DNA of 64,000 nt, taken from the human T2T-CHM13v2.0 reference genome, Homo sapiens. Positions 31,993-49,314 of this stretch are shown piece after piece. Positions within the stretch are counted from its first letter, which is position 1; every line of letters begins with the position of its first letter. A program made the translations under genes and the position numbers. The DNA lies in the NCBI RefSeq assembly GCF_009914755.1, contig NC_060933.1; one strand, written 5' to 3'. A model generated the notes under the pieces. It did not search any database. It was not told where the DNA came from and worked only from the letters and a program-made list of their open reading frames with translations.

Positions 31993-32844
31993 AATGACTG
32001 GAGAAATATTAAAATAAAAATAATAGCAGAGTTGGAAAACCAGAAATTTGAACAGTGAAATTTCTGGAAGATAAGAAGCAGATGATTTAAGTACCAGTTA
32101 ATTAAAGGATGGAACAGCTAAGCCATTCCACTCATCTTTGGAGCATCTGATTCTGGAGTTTGCCACCAGGCTAAGAAAGCAGCTATCTGAAGTGGGAGCT
32201 CTGACCCAAGAAATGCTGGGATCGGAGAATAAGGGAATTATCCAAAATGGCTCCGAAGAGGAACTGAAGTTAAGCTGCCCACATGATCTCTCTAACTATG
32301 ATGACCTGCCACTTCCGTTTATAATCACCATATAAGTGCCTGTAATCATTTGTGTTCATTAAAAGTGAACCAGAATTCCCATTTGGATGAAAAAATAACA
32401 CTTCCAACTTTAATCTTAGGCCCTCATTTATAAATATGGACAACCAAGAATCATCAAATTTGAAGAAAACCAGTAACATAAAAGGAGGCATGAAATTAAA
32501 ATTAACCTGTTCAAGAAGATAGTTACTAGGAGAAACATGAAATTTTTAAATTAATGAATCAAAATCTTCAGCAATTCATAAAGATACTGTGTTCATAAAG
32601 AATAGGATGCCATGAAAAAAATATTTAGAGTTTCTGGAAATTAAAAATTTGATTATGAAACTGAAACACTCAGAAGATGGACTACACAGCAGAATGGATT
32701 CATTTGAAGCTTAAATTCATGAAATGGAAGGTATTAATTGGTCTTAGACGTTTCATCAGCAACTTAATTACTTAGAAAAAATCTTTCTCAGAGTAACTAA
32801 GCAAAATGAACAATGAACCCATTAACGTGTGGTTTTGTTTTTTG

Positions 32845-33466
32845 GGTTTTTTTTTTTTGAGTCAAGGTCTCACTCATGTCACCCAGGCTGGGGTGTAGTG
32901 ATGGGATCACAGCTTATTGTAACCATGAACCATTGGGCTTAAATTATCTTCCCACCTCAGCCTCCCAAGTAGCTGCAATGTACCACCATGCCGAAGTTTT
33001 AAAAAATTATTGTAGAGTTGGGTTCTTTCTTTCTTTTCTTTTTTTCTTTTTTTCTTTTTTTTTTGAGACGGAGTCTCGCTCTATTGCCCAGGCTGGAGTG
33101 CAGTGGTACAATCTCAGCTCACTGCAACCTCCTCGATCTCAGCTCACTGCAACCGTGAAGTGATCTTCCTGCCTCAGCCCCCCTAGTAACTGGGATTACA
33201 GGCACACACCACCATGCCTGGCTAATTTTTGTATTTTTAGTAAAGACGGGGTTTCACCATGTTGGCCAGGCTGGTCTCGAACTCCTAACCTCAGGTGATT
33301 CACCCACCTCGGCCTCCCAAAGTGCTGGGATTACAGGCATGAGCCACTGCATCCGGCCAAGATGGGTTCTTTCTTAGGCTGGTCTTGAACTCCTGGCCTC
33401 AAATGATCCTCCCACCTTGGCCTCCCAAAGTGCTGAGACTACAGACCTGAGCCACTGTGCCCAGCC
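32845..33466 (-). mobile_element. Nested Alus: AluS (~33032-33358) inserted into an older AluJ
   Basis: TSD TGGGTTCTTTCTT at 33019-33031 and 33363-33375 splits the outer element. Confidence 0.85.
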
Positions 33467-33789
33467 CCATGAAAGATGTTTAGATCAAATAAACTGATAA
33501 AGATATTGATAAAGATATGAGACAAACTACTTCAGCTTTGTGACCTGCAAATCCCCTTTTATAATCACCAGAGGTGCCTGTAGTCAGAAAAAGTCTAAAT
33601 AAATACTAATGACATATGAAAACAAAGTCCAACCAAAGTTCTAGGTTTGAACATGAATGGAGGCATGGCAGGACACAGAAAGTGAAAGCTTGTCCTAGAT
33701 ATTGTCTTATTCATGGGAAGGATACAGGTAGTGTTTGATTCTAGGTATTGATTGAAAAAATATATTAAAATATATATAAAGTTAAGGGT

Positions 33790-34190
33790 ATGTTAGTAAG
33801 GATAGGTTAGGTGATGTTGCATTAACAGCTCCCAAATTTTAATTACTTTCAACAACATAGGTTTATTTGTGCCCATGCAGTTTGCCTTTGGCAGATTGGC
33901 TAGAGGCCCCTATTCAACATCAACCTCAATCTGGAAGCGAGGCTGGTGGAACGTCACTATTTGGAACATTGCTGGTTGCAGTGTCCAAGGAAAGACAGTA
34001 TGATGCAGCATATATTGTGACTTAAAGCTTCTGTCTAGATGTGACATATGTCACTTCTGTTCACATTTCTTTGGCCAAAGAAAGTCACATGGTTATGCCT
34101 GAGTTCAACAGACCAGGGAAGTGCAGAATTGCCATTTGCCATGAGAAGAGAGGGAAGCAAATGTATGTCAACAACTTTAATAGCTACAAA
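33790..34190 (-). mobile_element. MLT1J/K-like MaLR LTR
   Basis: AAAGCTTCTG...GTGACATATGTCACTTCTGTTCACATTTC...GGCCAAAG...AGTCACATGG. Confidence 0.65.
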
Positions 34191-34465
34191 ACTACCTGGA
34201 AAGAGGGAATGGAATTTTTAGGTCCAACAAGACGGGAAAGAAAAAGAAACAAGCTACATAGAAATAAAAAATCCACAATATAGCAAGATCAAGTTTTTTA
34301 CTCATAATAAACATGAACAGGTTAAATTCTGGAATCCTTAGGCTTGAGTAAAAACATGAAATCCCACTGTGTGCTATTTGCAAAATCTAAAACGCTGTCA
34401 TAGATTATAAAGAGATGAACAAAAATATACCAGGCAGATGCTAAAGAGTAAATGTGGCTGTGTTA

Positions 34466-34908
<443 letters not shown>

Positions 34909-35009
34909 TTAAAATTATAGGGTAAGAATTTAGAAATACAAGGAAAAATGGCCAGCCAGTTATAACAAGAAGCTTTAAGACATCTCTTTTCAGAATCAGT
35001 GGATCGACT

Positions 35010-35640
35010 GCTGCACACACACTAGAATGGCTAACATTTTGAAATGCTGATAAATATGCAGAGCAACTGGAGTTCCTCACAGCTGGTAGGAATGCAAAAT
35101 GACTCAGTCACTCAAAACAGTTTGGCAGATTCTTTAAATGCTAACATACACATACCATATGACCAAGCAGTCCCACTCCTGGGTATTTAGAGAGATGAAA
35201 ACTTAGTTCACACAAAACCTGTGCGTGGATATTTATAGCAGCTCCATTCATAGTGACCAAGATGTCTTCCAACAGGTGAATGGATAGCGATGTATCCATA
35301 TGGTGGCAAACATGCCACAATTCGGATGAATCTCAACATCATATGCTGAGTGAAAAAGCCAGTCTCGGAAGGCTACATTCTGTATGATTCCATTTATATG
35401 GCATTCTTGAAAAGACAAAACTATAGTGACAGAACAGATTGGAGATTGCCAGGTGTTGGGGTTGGGAGGAGTTGATTACAAAGAGGCTGTACAAGGGAGT
35501 TTGTTTGTTTGTTTGTTTTGGTGATGAACAGTTCTGTATCCTGATTGCGGTGGTGGTAACGTGAGTCTATACATATGTTAAAATTTATAGAACTGCATAC
35601 TCTCAAAAAAATTAGTTTTACTCTATAATAATATTAGAGC
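35010..35640 (+). mobile_element. L1M 3' end fragment
   Basis: CCATATGACC...CCACTCCTGGGTATTT, TGCTGAGTGAAAAAGCCAG, TGTATGATTCCATTTATATG. Confidence 0.75.
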
Positions 35641-36464
35641 TTAAAAAATTCATCCCTCTTGCCCATCAGTAGATCAGGATATGAAGGATACCATTGAACA
35701 TAAATATTTTGTATCCATGATGAATACAAAGTATATTCTCCTGGAAAACCAATAGAACATTCATATAAATGATTCCTATGAAGGTAAAAAACTTACAAAA
35801 TTCAAAGATCATACAGATCATGTGCTCTGTATAATGTAATAATAGTAACAAAAGGCCTGTCCACTTGGAAATTTTTAAATGATCTTCTAAATAACTCATT
35901 TAAAGGAGAAATCAAAATAAATTGCAAATTATTTAGAATTAATAAAAACTTCTCTAAAGCTGAGGAATTCTACCAAAGAGGTGTTAGAGGAAATTGTATA
36001 GATTTTGATTTACTTTCCAGGAAGGAAGAAGACAAAAGAGATGAATTAAACATTTAAAGCTAAGAAAGAGATAAACCAAAAGAAAGGTGAGGAATTGGTA
36101 AAAGCAGAAATGAATAAAATAGCAAATTTTGATCAGTGAAACACAGGTTTTTAAAAATGAAAGATAAACCTTTGTAAAATATGATAAAGAAAAAAAAGCA
36201 AGAAGTAATTAACAAAAATTGCCAGCATTAGGAATAATTTTAGAAGGATACCTACAACTAGAAGAGATATTTTTAATTATGAGCACTTTTATAATTTACT
36301 ATAAATAATTGTGTAGTGTTAAACCAATAAATTTGAAAGACTAGATGAAATGTGACTGTTTAAAAATATGGATTGTAAAAATTGATAAAAAATAGAAAAT
36401 GTAAATAAACGAAACATCTTAGGAGAAATTGAAAAAATAGGACAAGAACTTATTTTTAAAAAGA

Positions 36465-37107
<643 letters not shown>

Positions 37108-40100
37108 CCTTCCAGGGGCACATTTATTTGTAAACCATTCCAGAGGATAGAAAAGAGATGTAAGGCTCCCTAATTCATTCCATACGGTTAGCGTAATCCT
37201 TATAGCAAACTGCACAAATAAAACACAAGGAAAACTAAACCAAATTCAATTAATGTAGGTGCAAAAAATCCAAAATAAAACTAGCAGTTTGAATTCAGCA
37301 TTGTAGCAAAAGATATATCATTTTCAAGGAAGATTTGTACCAAAACATGCAAGATTGAGTGAAGAGTAACTCACTGTAGCTCACTAAATTAACAGATTAA
37401 AGAAGTATAGTCATCTTCACAAGCTGAAAGAGTATGTGATAAATTCAACATCCTCTGGTATTCTTAACAATCTCGAAATAGAAGGAAACTTCCTTAGCTT
37501 AGCTTCTTGGCTTCATTAAATATACCTAACAGAAATCCACAGGAAACAAACTTGGTGAAAAGTTTTTGCTAAGATAAAAACGGTACTAAAAAGTACACAT
37601 TTTGGGAAATGAGACAAGGCTCTCGTTATTTGTAAATATGGGGTCTTTTTTTTTTTGGACAAAAAACCCCCTGTGATGATCTACTGGCATGCTATTACAG
37701 CTAATAAAGCTGAATAAGGAGGCTGTGCACAACACCAACACACCGGTATGAAAAGTGTGTACACCAGCAATAACCAATTAGAAAATGTATGAGGAAATAG
37801 ACTCTCATCCACAATAGCTGCGAGAAGTAAATATTATCTAGAAATAAGATTAACAAGAGAAATGTAAGGCCTATATAAATAAAAGGATAAATCTATGCTA
37901 GAGGGTATAAAAGAAACACAAAAATAGAGGTATGCCATGTATAAGACCCAACATAATAAATAGTTCTACCAAATTAATTTATAAATTCAAAGCAATTTCA
38001 TATAACCACAGTAAAGCTTTTTAAATGGATGTAATAACCTGATTATAACATTAATCTGAAAGTCATCAGGCATAAAGCAATTTTGATTACATCTCAAAAC
38101 AATCCATGGAGTTAGGGTAAATGTGCTGTTCACACAGGAATAATCACAGGTATAGAACCGAGAACCTAGGAACAGAGCAATGTATATATATATGTATTTA
38201 AAAAATGGCATCACAAGTCAGTAGAGAAGGGTTTGAACTATTCAGTAAATGATGTTGAGGTTATTTACTACTTTTTCTTATTTCATATCATGGATGAAAA
38301 AAATCAAGATGAATTAAACATGGAAATTAAAAATAACTAGAAGAAAATACTGGAAAAAAATTGTAATAAATGTGTAAGAAAGGCATTCCCAACCAAGACA
38401 CAAAACCCAGTAGCCATGAAAAAAAAGATAGATTTGACTACATTTTTAAAAAGTAAAACCTTTCACTTTTTACAAAACTTTGATAAAATTAGATTTCATA
38501 AATAAAGGAGTGGGAAAATACATGTAATAGAACAGAAGATTTAAGATAATATAAAGAGCACCTACAAACAACAAAAATTGGACAAAGGCTATAAAAATAT
38601 TTTATAAATAAGAAATACAGACTATAAACATAAACTTTCAACCTCGTAAGCAATCAGGAAAATTAAAGTTAAAATGAGATACTATTTTTCAATACATTGA
38701 AATGGCAGATTATTAAAGATTGGTGATAGTGCTGGAGATAATGTGAGGAAAGGAGTATTCTCAGTCATTGTAGAAATTGATACAGCTTTTGGATGGACAG
38801 TTTGACAGTGTGTATCAACATGTGAAATGTCTCCAGCCTTTGATCTAATGACTAATTTTAGGCATCCAGCCTGAAGAAATATTCACACAAGTGCCCAAAG
38901 AGTCAGATACAAGACTGTGTGAAGTGTTTTTTGAGATAATAAAAAACTAGAAACAGCATAAATGTACAGAAATGCAGAAATTGTTGAATTAGTACATACC
39001 AATTTCTGACATATAACACTCTGCAGCAGATAAAGACAATAGCTCTCTAGTGTGGACATGAAAATATTTCTAAGACATTGACAGGACGAAGAAGTTGCAC
39101 AGTAACCACGCACTCCTGTTTACATTTGTATAGTTAAAACTTGTTTACCTATACGTAGCATATATGCGTGTGTGCACCCTAGAAAAGAGTCTGTGATAAC
39201 ACATATCAAGCTATTGACAGCGGTTTTGTCTGCTGAAGGAGGAAAAAAGGGGGGCTTCTCACATTTTACTCCATTTAATTCTAGGTTGTTTGGTTTAAAA
39301 AAAAAGTTTTTATGTACAACAGACAATTTTTAAAATTCCTTTTCATCATAGAAAATGAAAATGTGTACTCTGTTATCCTTTACGCTCTGTCCATTTTTTT
39401 CTTCAAAAATGTGTCTGACCTATTATCAATGTGAATGAAAATGAGCTTTGCTACATAACCTCTTTTCAGAGCTTTGTATTCCTGAAGTGTTGGAGTCGCC
39501 TACATGGCATAGTCAAATGTTTTTAACTTAACCACAACCCACAGTAAAAATGAAGCTTTCTGCAAAGTTAAAAGTAGTAGTCCTGGCCCCACCTTCCTTG
39601 TGTGCACGTATAATTAATGGAAAATTGCATCAAACAACTCTGATTGTACTTCTAGTGACTAATTCATGTTCTGTTCTATTCCTTGCCTTTAAAGAAAATT
39701 ATGTTGGCAACTCACGAAGTATGTTTCACAATCCACTAATGGGTAATGTCCTACTGTTTGGAAACACTGGCTAGAGTGTTTCAAACATCTGCTCTGTTTA
39801 CCCCTGACAAAACTGCTACTCGTGGGGCAATGCAAGTCTTTCCCACATTTGTTTTATTTTATGGCTAAAAGTCATTTCTGCATTTGCAAATTACTTCCAA
39901 AGCCTACCTTCCTTGAGCTCTTTAACTCTCTATAGTCTTCTGGTAATTTTCTTTAGATTTCCCTTTTCAGAACCCTTTTGTGACACTGAAAACCTGAGTT
40001 TTCAAACTGATACATCTACCTGAGAATTTTCACATATAATTTGGTCAAAAAGTTAAAAAATAAGAAGACTTTGCCCTGTGACTGAGGTGCTCAGAAGGTA

Positions 40101-40807
40101 TGGCTGGCTGCTCACAAAGGCACATAGTGAGTGATAGGGGCTGAAAGGGCTCAGAGAATGCCCGAGTTCTCTTAGTACAGTTTGTACATTTTAAACCACT
40201 GTGAACTGAAAAAAAAAAAAAAGGCAACCTTGGTAGTTTAGAAATAGATAAGGACCCACTTATAGATTAAATAATAATTAGCTTGTTCCAGAGAGACCAG
40301 TGAAGATTAGTTGGTTTATTTAATGTGTTAGAAAGATGGTCCTCAAAGTCCTTGAAATGTGAAGGCGGCTTTTATCTCCTTAAGAAAACAAGAAAACTCC
40401 ACAAAATCTTGAAAGCTAGATAATCCTAGCTTAAATGATAAAATTTGAGTAGAGTTTGAAAACACTAAAATCAGTTTGCCAAATAACCAGCTCTAATTTC
40501 TTTATACCAAAGCCAAACTTCACCTAAATCTTACCTAAGAATTGAGTTCCTTATTGTAACCAGATAGGAGACACTTTTGTATATTATTCCAAATATTGCA
40601 AACCTACAAGGAGTAAAAGGTGTTATTATTTTAAAGAAGAAGGAATGAGGCCTGAGAGGTATTGATTCACTTGGTTGAGGGCTTCAAGTAGCACAAGGCA
40701 AAAGCAGGATTTGTTGACTTCCAAACCTGTTTTCTTCCTTCACCATGTGGCCTTTGCATCTTTCCCACACAAATATTATTCCACAAATATTTATTGTCAC
40801 CAACTAT

Positions 40808-40813
40808 AATAAA
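40808..40813 (+). terminator. Candidate distal poly(A) signal of a long CEP78 3'UTR
   Basis: AATAAA seen; assignment to CEP78 rests on my recollection of a ~9-kb last exon and cannot be proven from sequence. Confidence 0.35.
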
Positions 40814-40947
40814 AGAACAGAACTATGTATCAGAGAGGCTGCAGGAGTGAGTTCTACCCAGGTCCACACTGCTGCTCACAGTCAAGTAAACTGCAGGCCG
40901 TTTTTGTGATGCCTGGCTGGAACGGCAAGTGAGGCATGGTATTCATT

Positions 40948-41361
<414 letters not shown>

Positions 41362-41438
41362 TCAAAATGTTTTGTTATGGCTTTCCATTCCATTCATTTT
41401 TGTTTTTGAAAAATTAAATATTTAAAAATATTAAATAA

Positions 41439-41753
<315 letters not shown>

Positions 41754-41862
41754 GGAAATCAGTTGTCTTATATGTGAAGTCCATAGTATTTAAGGCCTAG
41801 TGGTTGAATATAATAGACAAGCTACAGTGCGGTGTTTTCTCTCACTAATAAGAGTAGATTTG

Positions 41863-42020
41863 GGCCGGGCGCGGTGGCTCAAGCCTGTAATCCCAGCACT
41901 TTGGGAGGCCGAGGGGGACAGATCATGAGGTCAGGACATTGAGACCATCCTGGCTAACATGGTGAAACCCCGTCTCTACTAAAAATAGAAAAAATTAGCC
42001 AGCCGTGGTGGCGGGCACCA
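41863..42020 (+). mobile_element. AluY-like, 3'-truncated (no tail)
   Basis: left arm + linker, ends abruptly at GGCGGGCACC. Confidence 0.88.
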
Positions 42021-43329
42021 CCATCAATTGCCTGTGATTTTGCCATGCTTTTCAAGTGATTGCTTTCTTAAAGAGGACCATGATGAAACTTTCCACAAAT
42101 CTGAGTTAAATCATCTTCACAGTTTACAAAGGTTATAATCATTTAGGATTTCTCCATGTTTGTCATCAGGAAACTGTGATTTTTCTCTACCATAACAGGG
42201 TTCTTCCCCATCTGGCTATTCTATCTCACCTGTTCTCTCTAGAAGGAAAAGCCTCATGCCTTTGGCCTTAGTTGGAAAGCATTGGCCTTGCTGGTCCTTG
42301 GCCTCCTATATCTGTCATAGCTCTGCAGGCTGAAGCACTAGTGAGCCTCCTATCAAGAGAAACTCCCAGGGAAATGAGAAATAACTTCATTTCTCCAAGG
42401 ACTTCACGGTCCCACGTGGACGAGGCAGGTGCTTGCTAGGGCTGGGGAAGTCTTACCTCAAAAGAGGCAGAGAAGCCTCTTGGGTTTACTTTTAATGGTT
42501 TTGAGAAGCAGCAGCTTCAGAGGAGAGCTACCCCAGCAGGAACACAGGCCTCAGCCAGCCCTGGACTTCTGCCAGGGTTGGGGAGGGCCCCACAGCAGCA
42601 GGACTGACTTCACAAGACTGGATTTCTCCCAGTTAAGTTCATAAGTCATGGACTCAGGACAGCTGCCCAAGATCTTGAGTGGCATTTTGGAGAGCCTGAA
42701 GCCAAGGTTCTTCTGCAGGGGACTGCAGCTGTGCAGAAGGAGTCAGAGTCTACCACCATTGCTAAATGAGCCCTCTGGCTGACCCCAAACCAAAAAAAAA
42801 AAAAATTGGACAGAATAAGTTTGGGACTTTTAATTTCTTTAGACCACAGTTTTCAAGAAAAATGCCTTTTTTTTTTAGACCTTAATACCTCCCTGAGAAT
42901 TTAATAATGTGAAGTATTTCATATAGTTCAAATCAGGGCATTTTAATATTGCTGGCATTTATTATTTGGAGAAGTTTTATGCCTTCATTTGCGTTCACTG
43001 CATAATCTCCAGTGAGCTCTATTGAATGTCCTACCTGAGGAAATGTAAAATGAAGAACAGACTACGGAGTGAATTTCCAACCTATGGCATTTATGACCTT
43101 CAGTAAATGCAGCCAATGTTCTGTTCTTACCCATTTCAGAACCTTCAGGGTCCAATCACTGACCTCAGGAGGACTCCTGAAGGAGTCGTGATGATGGCCC
43201 GGAGCAGGCTTCCAGGTGAGGGGGAAGGCTCAGGGACACTCAGCACCCTTACCCAGGGGGAACAGCTGCATCTGGCTGTGCTGCGCCCTAGGGGTTAAGA
43301 AAGCCAAACGAAGCCAGCACACCAACCCT

Positions 43330-43717
<388 letters not shown>

Positions 43718-44317
43718 AAGAAAGCCAAACATAAGCCAAACACTGGGGAGGCAAGGGAGAGGGACATTTCCCTCTCTCTTCAGATGTCAGCCTAAGTCCA
43801 TAAAGATGAGTGTTGCCTTCCTCAGATGTTTTGGGGACTAAGCCTTCTTCTTTTCAGACTCCCTGTATCCTCGCAGGATGAAGGAGTGACTCATTCAGGC
43901 TGCTGAGATTGCTAAAGTCTCAATATGCAGACTGGCCTCCTTCCTCTGGTTCTCTTTTGGATCTTGCCTGTCCCCAAGTAGCATGCAGTCTTCCCTTTGG
44001 TCTTGTTCATTTTCTGTAGTTGATTCATGGGGGCCTTCTCTGCCTCTGTTGCAAGGCAGGACATAGCAGGCTTGTCACTGCCTTGTAAGTAAATTCCATT
44101 TGCTGGGGGAAGAGGAATGGGAAGACCAACCTGGATTTGGCTTCCAGTCACAGTCTCCAATCCACCTTAAAAAGGACTGAAGCTGCTATTACCATCTTTA
44201 TTTGAGTCTATTGTGCTGCTGTGAACAGGTTTCAGTTGAATTCAGAACTTTAGAGGGGACCTTAAAGTCCCCTCTAAATTAGTATTAATTAGTACCCTAA
44301 ACACTCAACATGGATCA

Positions 44318-45718
<1,401 letters not shown>

Positions 45719-45969
45719 CCAGCTACTTGGGAGGTTGAGGTGGGAGGATCACCTGAGCCTGGGGAGGTCAAGGCTGCAGTGAGCTGTGTGTGATCGCACC
45801 ACCTTGGCGACAGAGTGAGATGCTGACTCAAAAAAAGAAAAAAAAAGAAAAAGAAAAAGAAACATAACAATTAACTGTAGAGTTCCACCTCCACAGCATA
45901 CCTTCTGTCATAGGAAAGACTGATTTTCTCAGTTCCAGTTTAAAATCCTGGGAAAGTGTCTTACATCTA

Positions 45970-46840
45970 TTTGGATAGCTACTATTAACAAAACAAAACA
46001 GACAATAAATGTTAGCAACGGTATGAAGAAATTAGAATCCTTGTGCACTGTTGATGAGAGTGTAAAATGAGGTAGCCACTATGGGAAAAAGTATGAAGCT
46101 TCCTAAAAAACTAAAATAAAATAGAACAGGGTACGGTGGCTCATTCCTATAATTGTAGCACTTTGAGAGGATTACTTGAGGCCAGGAGTTTGAGACCAGC
46201 CTGAGTAACAAAGTGAGACCTTATGTCTATTTAAACTTCTTTAAATGCAAAAACAAACAAAAAATCAAAATAGAGCTACCATATGATTCAGTAATACCAC
46301 TTTTAGGTATATATCCAAAAGAATTGAAAGCAGGGGCTCGAAGAGATATTTGTACACCCATGTCGATAGCAGCATTATTCACAAGAGCCCAAAGGTGTCC
46401 ACTGATGGATGAATGGATTTTTAAAATGTGGTATATACAATACATACAATGAAATATTTTTCAGCCTTTAATAGGAAGGATGTTCTGACACATGCTACAA
46501 CATGGATGAACCTTGAGGACCTTATGCTAAGTGAAAGAAGCCAGTCACAAAAAGACACATACTATATGATACCACTTATGGGAGGTACCTGGAGTAGTCA
46601 AATTCATAGAGACAGAAAGTAGAATGGTGGTTGCCAGGGGCTGGAGAAAGGAGAATGGAGAGGTGTTTAATGGGTTTCAGCTTTAATGTTTAATGAGTTT
46701 CAGCTTTGCAAGATGAACAAGTTCTAGAGATTGATTGAACAACAATGTGAATGTTCTTAACACAACGGATCTATACACTTGAAAAATGTTTAAAGTTGTA
46801 AATTTAATGTTAGGTGTTTATTACCACAATTAAAACAAAA
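45970..46840 (+). mobile_element. L1MB-like 3' fragment interrupted by an Alu monomer (~46125-46260)
   Basis: ORF2 C-terminal remnant ELPYDSVIPLLGIYPKELK...ICTPMSIAALFT and L1 3'UTR motifs. Confidence 0.85.
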
Positions 46841-47957
46841 ATCTTGGGAAAGATTTTTGATGAACACCCCCTGGATCAGGAGATCCATCCTGAAGCAACC
46901 AATCGTGGCCAACAGGCAGTGAGCTCAGAACACAGGAGCCCGCATTCATGTGGAGGGAAGAGCATTGAATGTTCACTACTGCTGACCTTCATATAATTTG
47001 AAACTAGTGAGATGTGGGGAAGCTCGAATCCTGAGGCTGAAAAATATCTGTAACAATGCAATTCATAAATGGAAGTGAAGATTCATTGAGATTTCTGCAG
47101 AAGTAACAATTCTGTAGTTTTCTAACAAAAGAAAGAGGTGAAATATTTATTATTTTTGAGTTGTCCTAGTCAGAGATATAAAACTAATAAATCTCAGTAG
47201 TACAATCTGAGATGACAGGACAGGGAGTGCAGGAAAGATGGGCTTTTTGCTAAAGCTCTGGGATAGATAAAGAATTCTTGCATGGTAAATATTTCTCAAT
47301 GAGGTATGGTCTTTTGAGTTCAGCCATTTGAGGTCATGTGCAATTCAGAGCAATAAGGATTCAGTGATTTTAAAATAAAAACTTCTTGCTTTTGTAATAT
47401 TACCTAGCACTTTGGGATAAAATGTTAATCATTGATTTTCTGTTGAAACTCAGATTTCTGCTGGGCTAGTAACTCATTCTAAGTAGTCTTCCTGTGTGGA
47501 TGATGAACTGGACTGTCTGGGAGACAGTGTATATCAGCAAAACACCTCAGGATTCAGATTATTGATGAAAATTGAGATGGAGTCACTGGGCAGAGCTGTG
47601 TAAAGGAGGAGGGAAGGGGAGGTACATACAGCATTTGCCTTCCCAGCCCTCTGTGGTTCTTCTGCCAAGAGCATCCCCTTTTGGGGTTGAACTGTTTCTA
47701 CCTCACTTCAGTATTGTGGTTCAGTGGGTCCCAATCTGATTGCTCTGCTTTCCTGGGTACAGGATGGGTGTGTGACTCAAAGGCATTGAAATCCTTGAGA
47801 GATGATGTTTAACCTGGAAACAAGGGAAGAGAGTCCCTTCTTCTCTCACAGCAAAGATGATACAATCACTGGCCATGGTTATAGGCTTGAGGAGAATGCC
47901 AGTTTGAGTGGATAAAATGATGTGAGGAGAGAAGCAAAGTTAGAAAGGGAAGATATA

Positions 47958-48469
<512 letters not shown>

Positions 48470-48918
48470 AGAAAGACATACAGAGATGCATACCTCACAG
48501 CATTTGGGTTTTCTGTTTGGGTTGACCTAGAAGTGCAGCCTTACTTACCCTTGTCCGCCCACCCTGAGGTTTGGTTTCAGGTTCCATGCATGGATCCATT
48601 TCTCTTCTGCCCAAGCTGGTTGGAGTTGGATATCTGTCACTTTCAATTAAAAGAGTCCAGGGGTACAGCTCAGGGCATCAGGCTCAGGCCACCCAGCATT
48701 CCTATAGGGTGGAGGAGACTAGGCTATTGCCTGCTTTTCATGAGAAAACAAGGAGTAGCACGAAAAGTATCTTGAACCCTAGACTAAGAGCAAACGAGAG
48801 AGATCTGGTTTCCACTCCCACCGTTAATGTGTGGTTAATCTTGGATGAGTTACTTTCTGGTTCTTCCCTTTCTACACTCCAAATTTCTGTGTATTTGAAC
48901 ATTTAAAAGTGATCATGT

Positions 48919-49314
<396 letters not shown>

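Noticed and set aside
46213-46622. ORFs resembling reverse-transcriptase protein C-terminus
   Set aside because: Fragmented remnant of an old L1 ORF2, interrupted by an Alu monomer; not a gene
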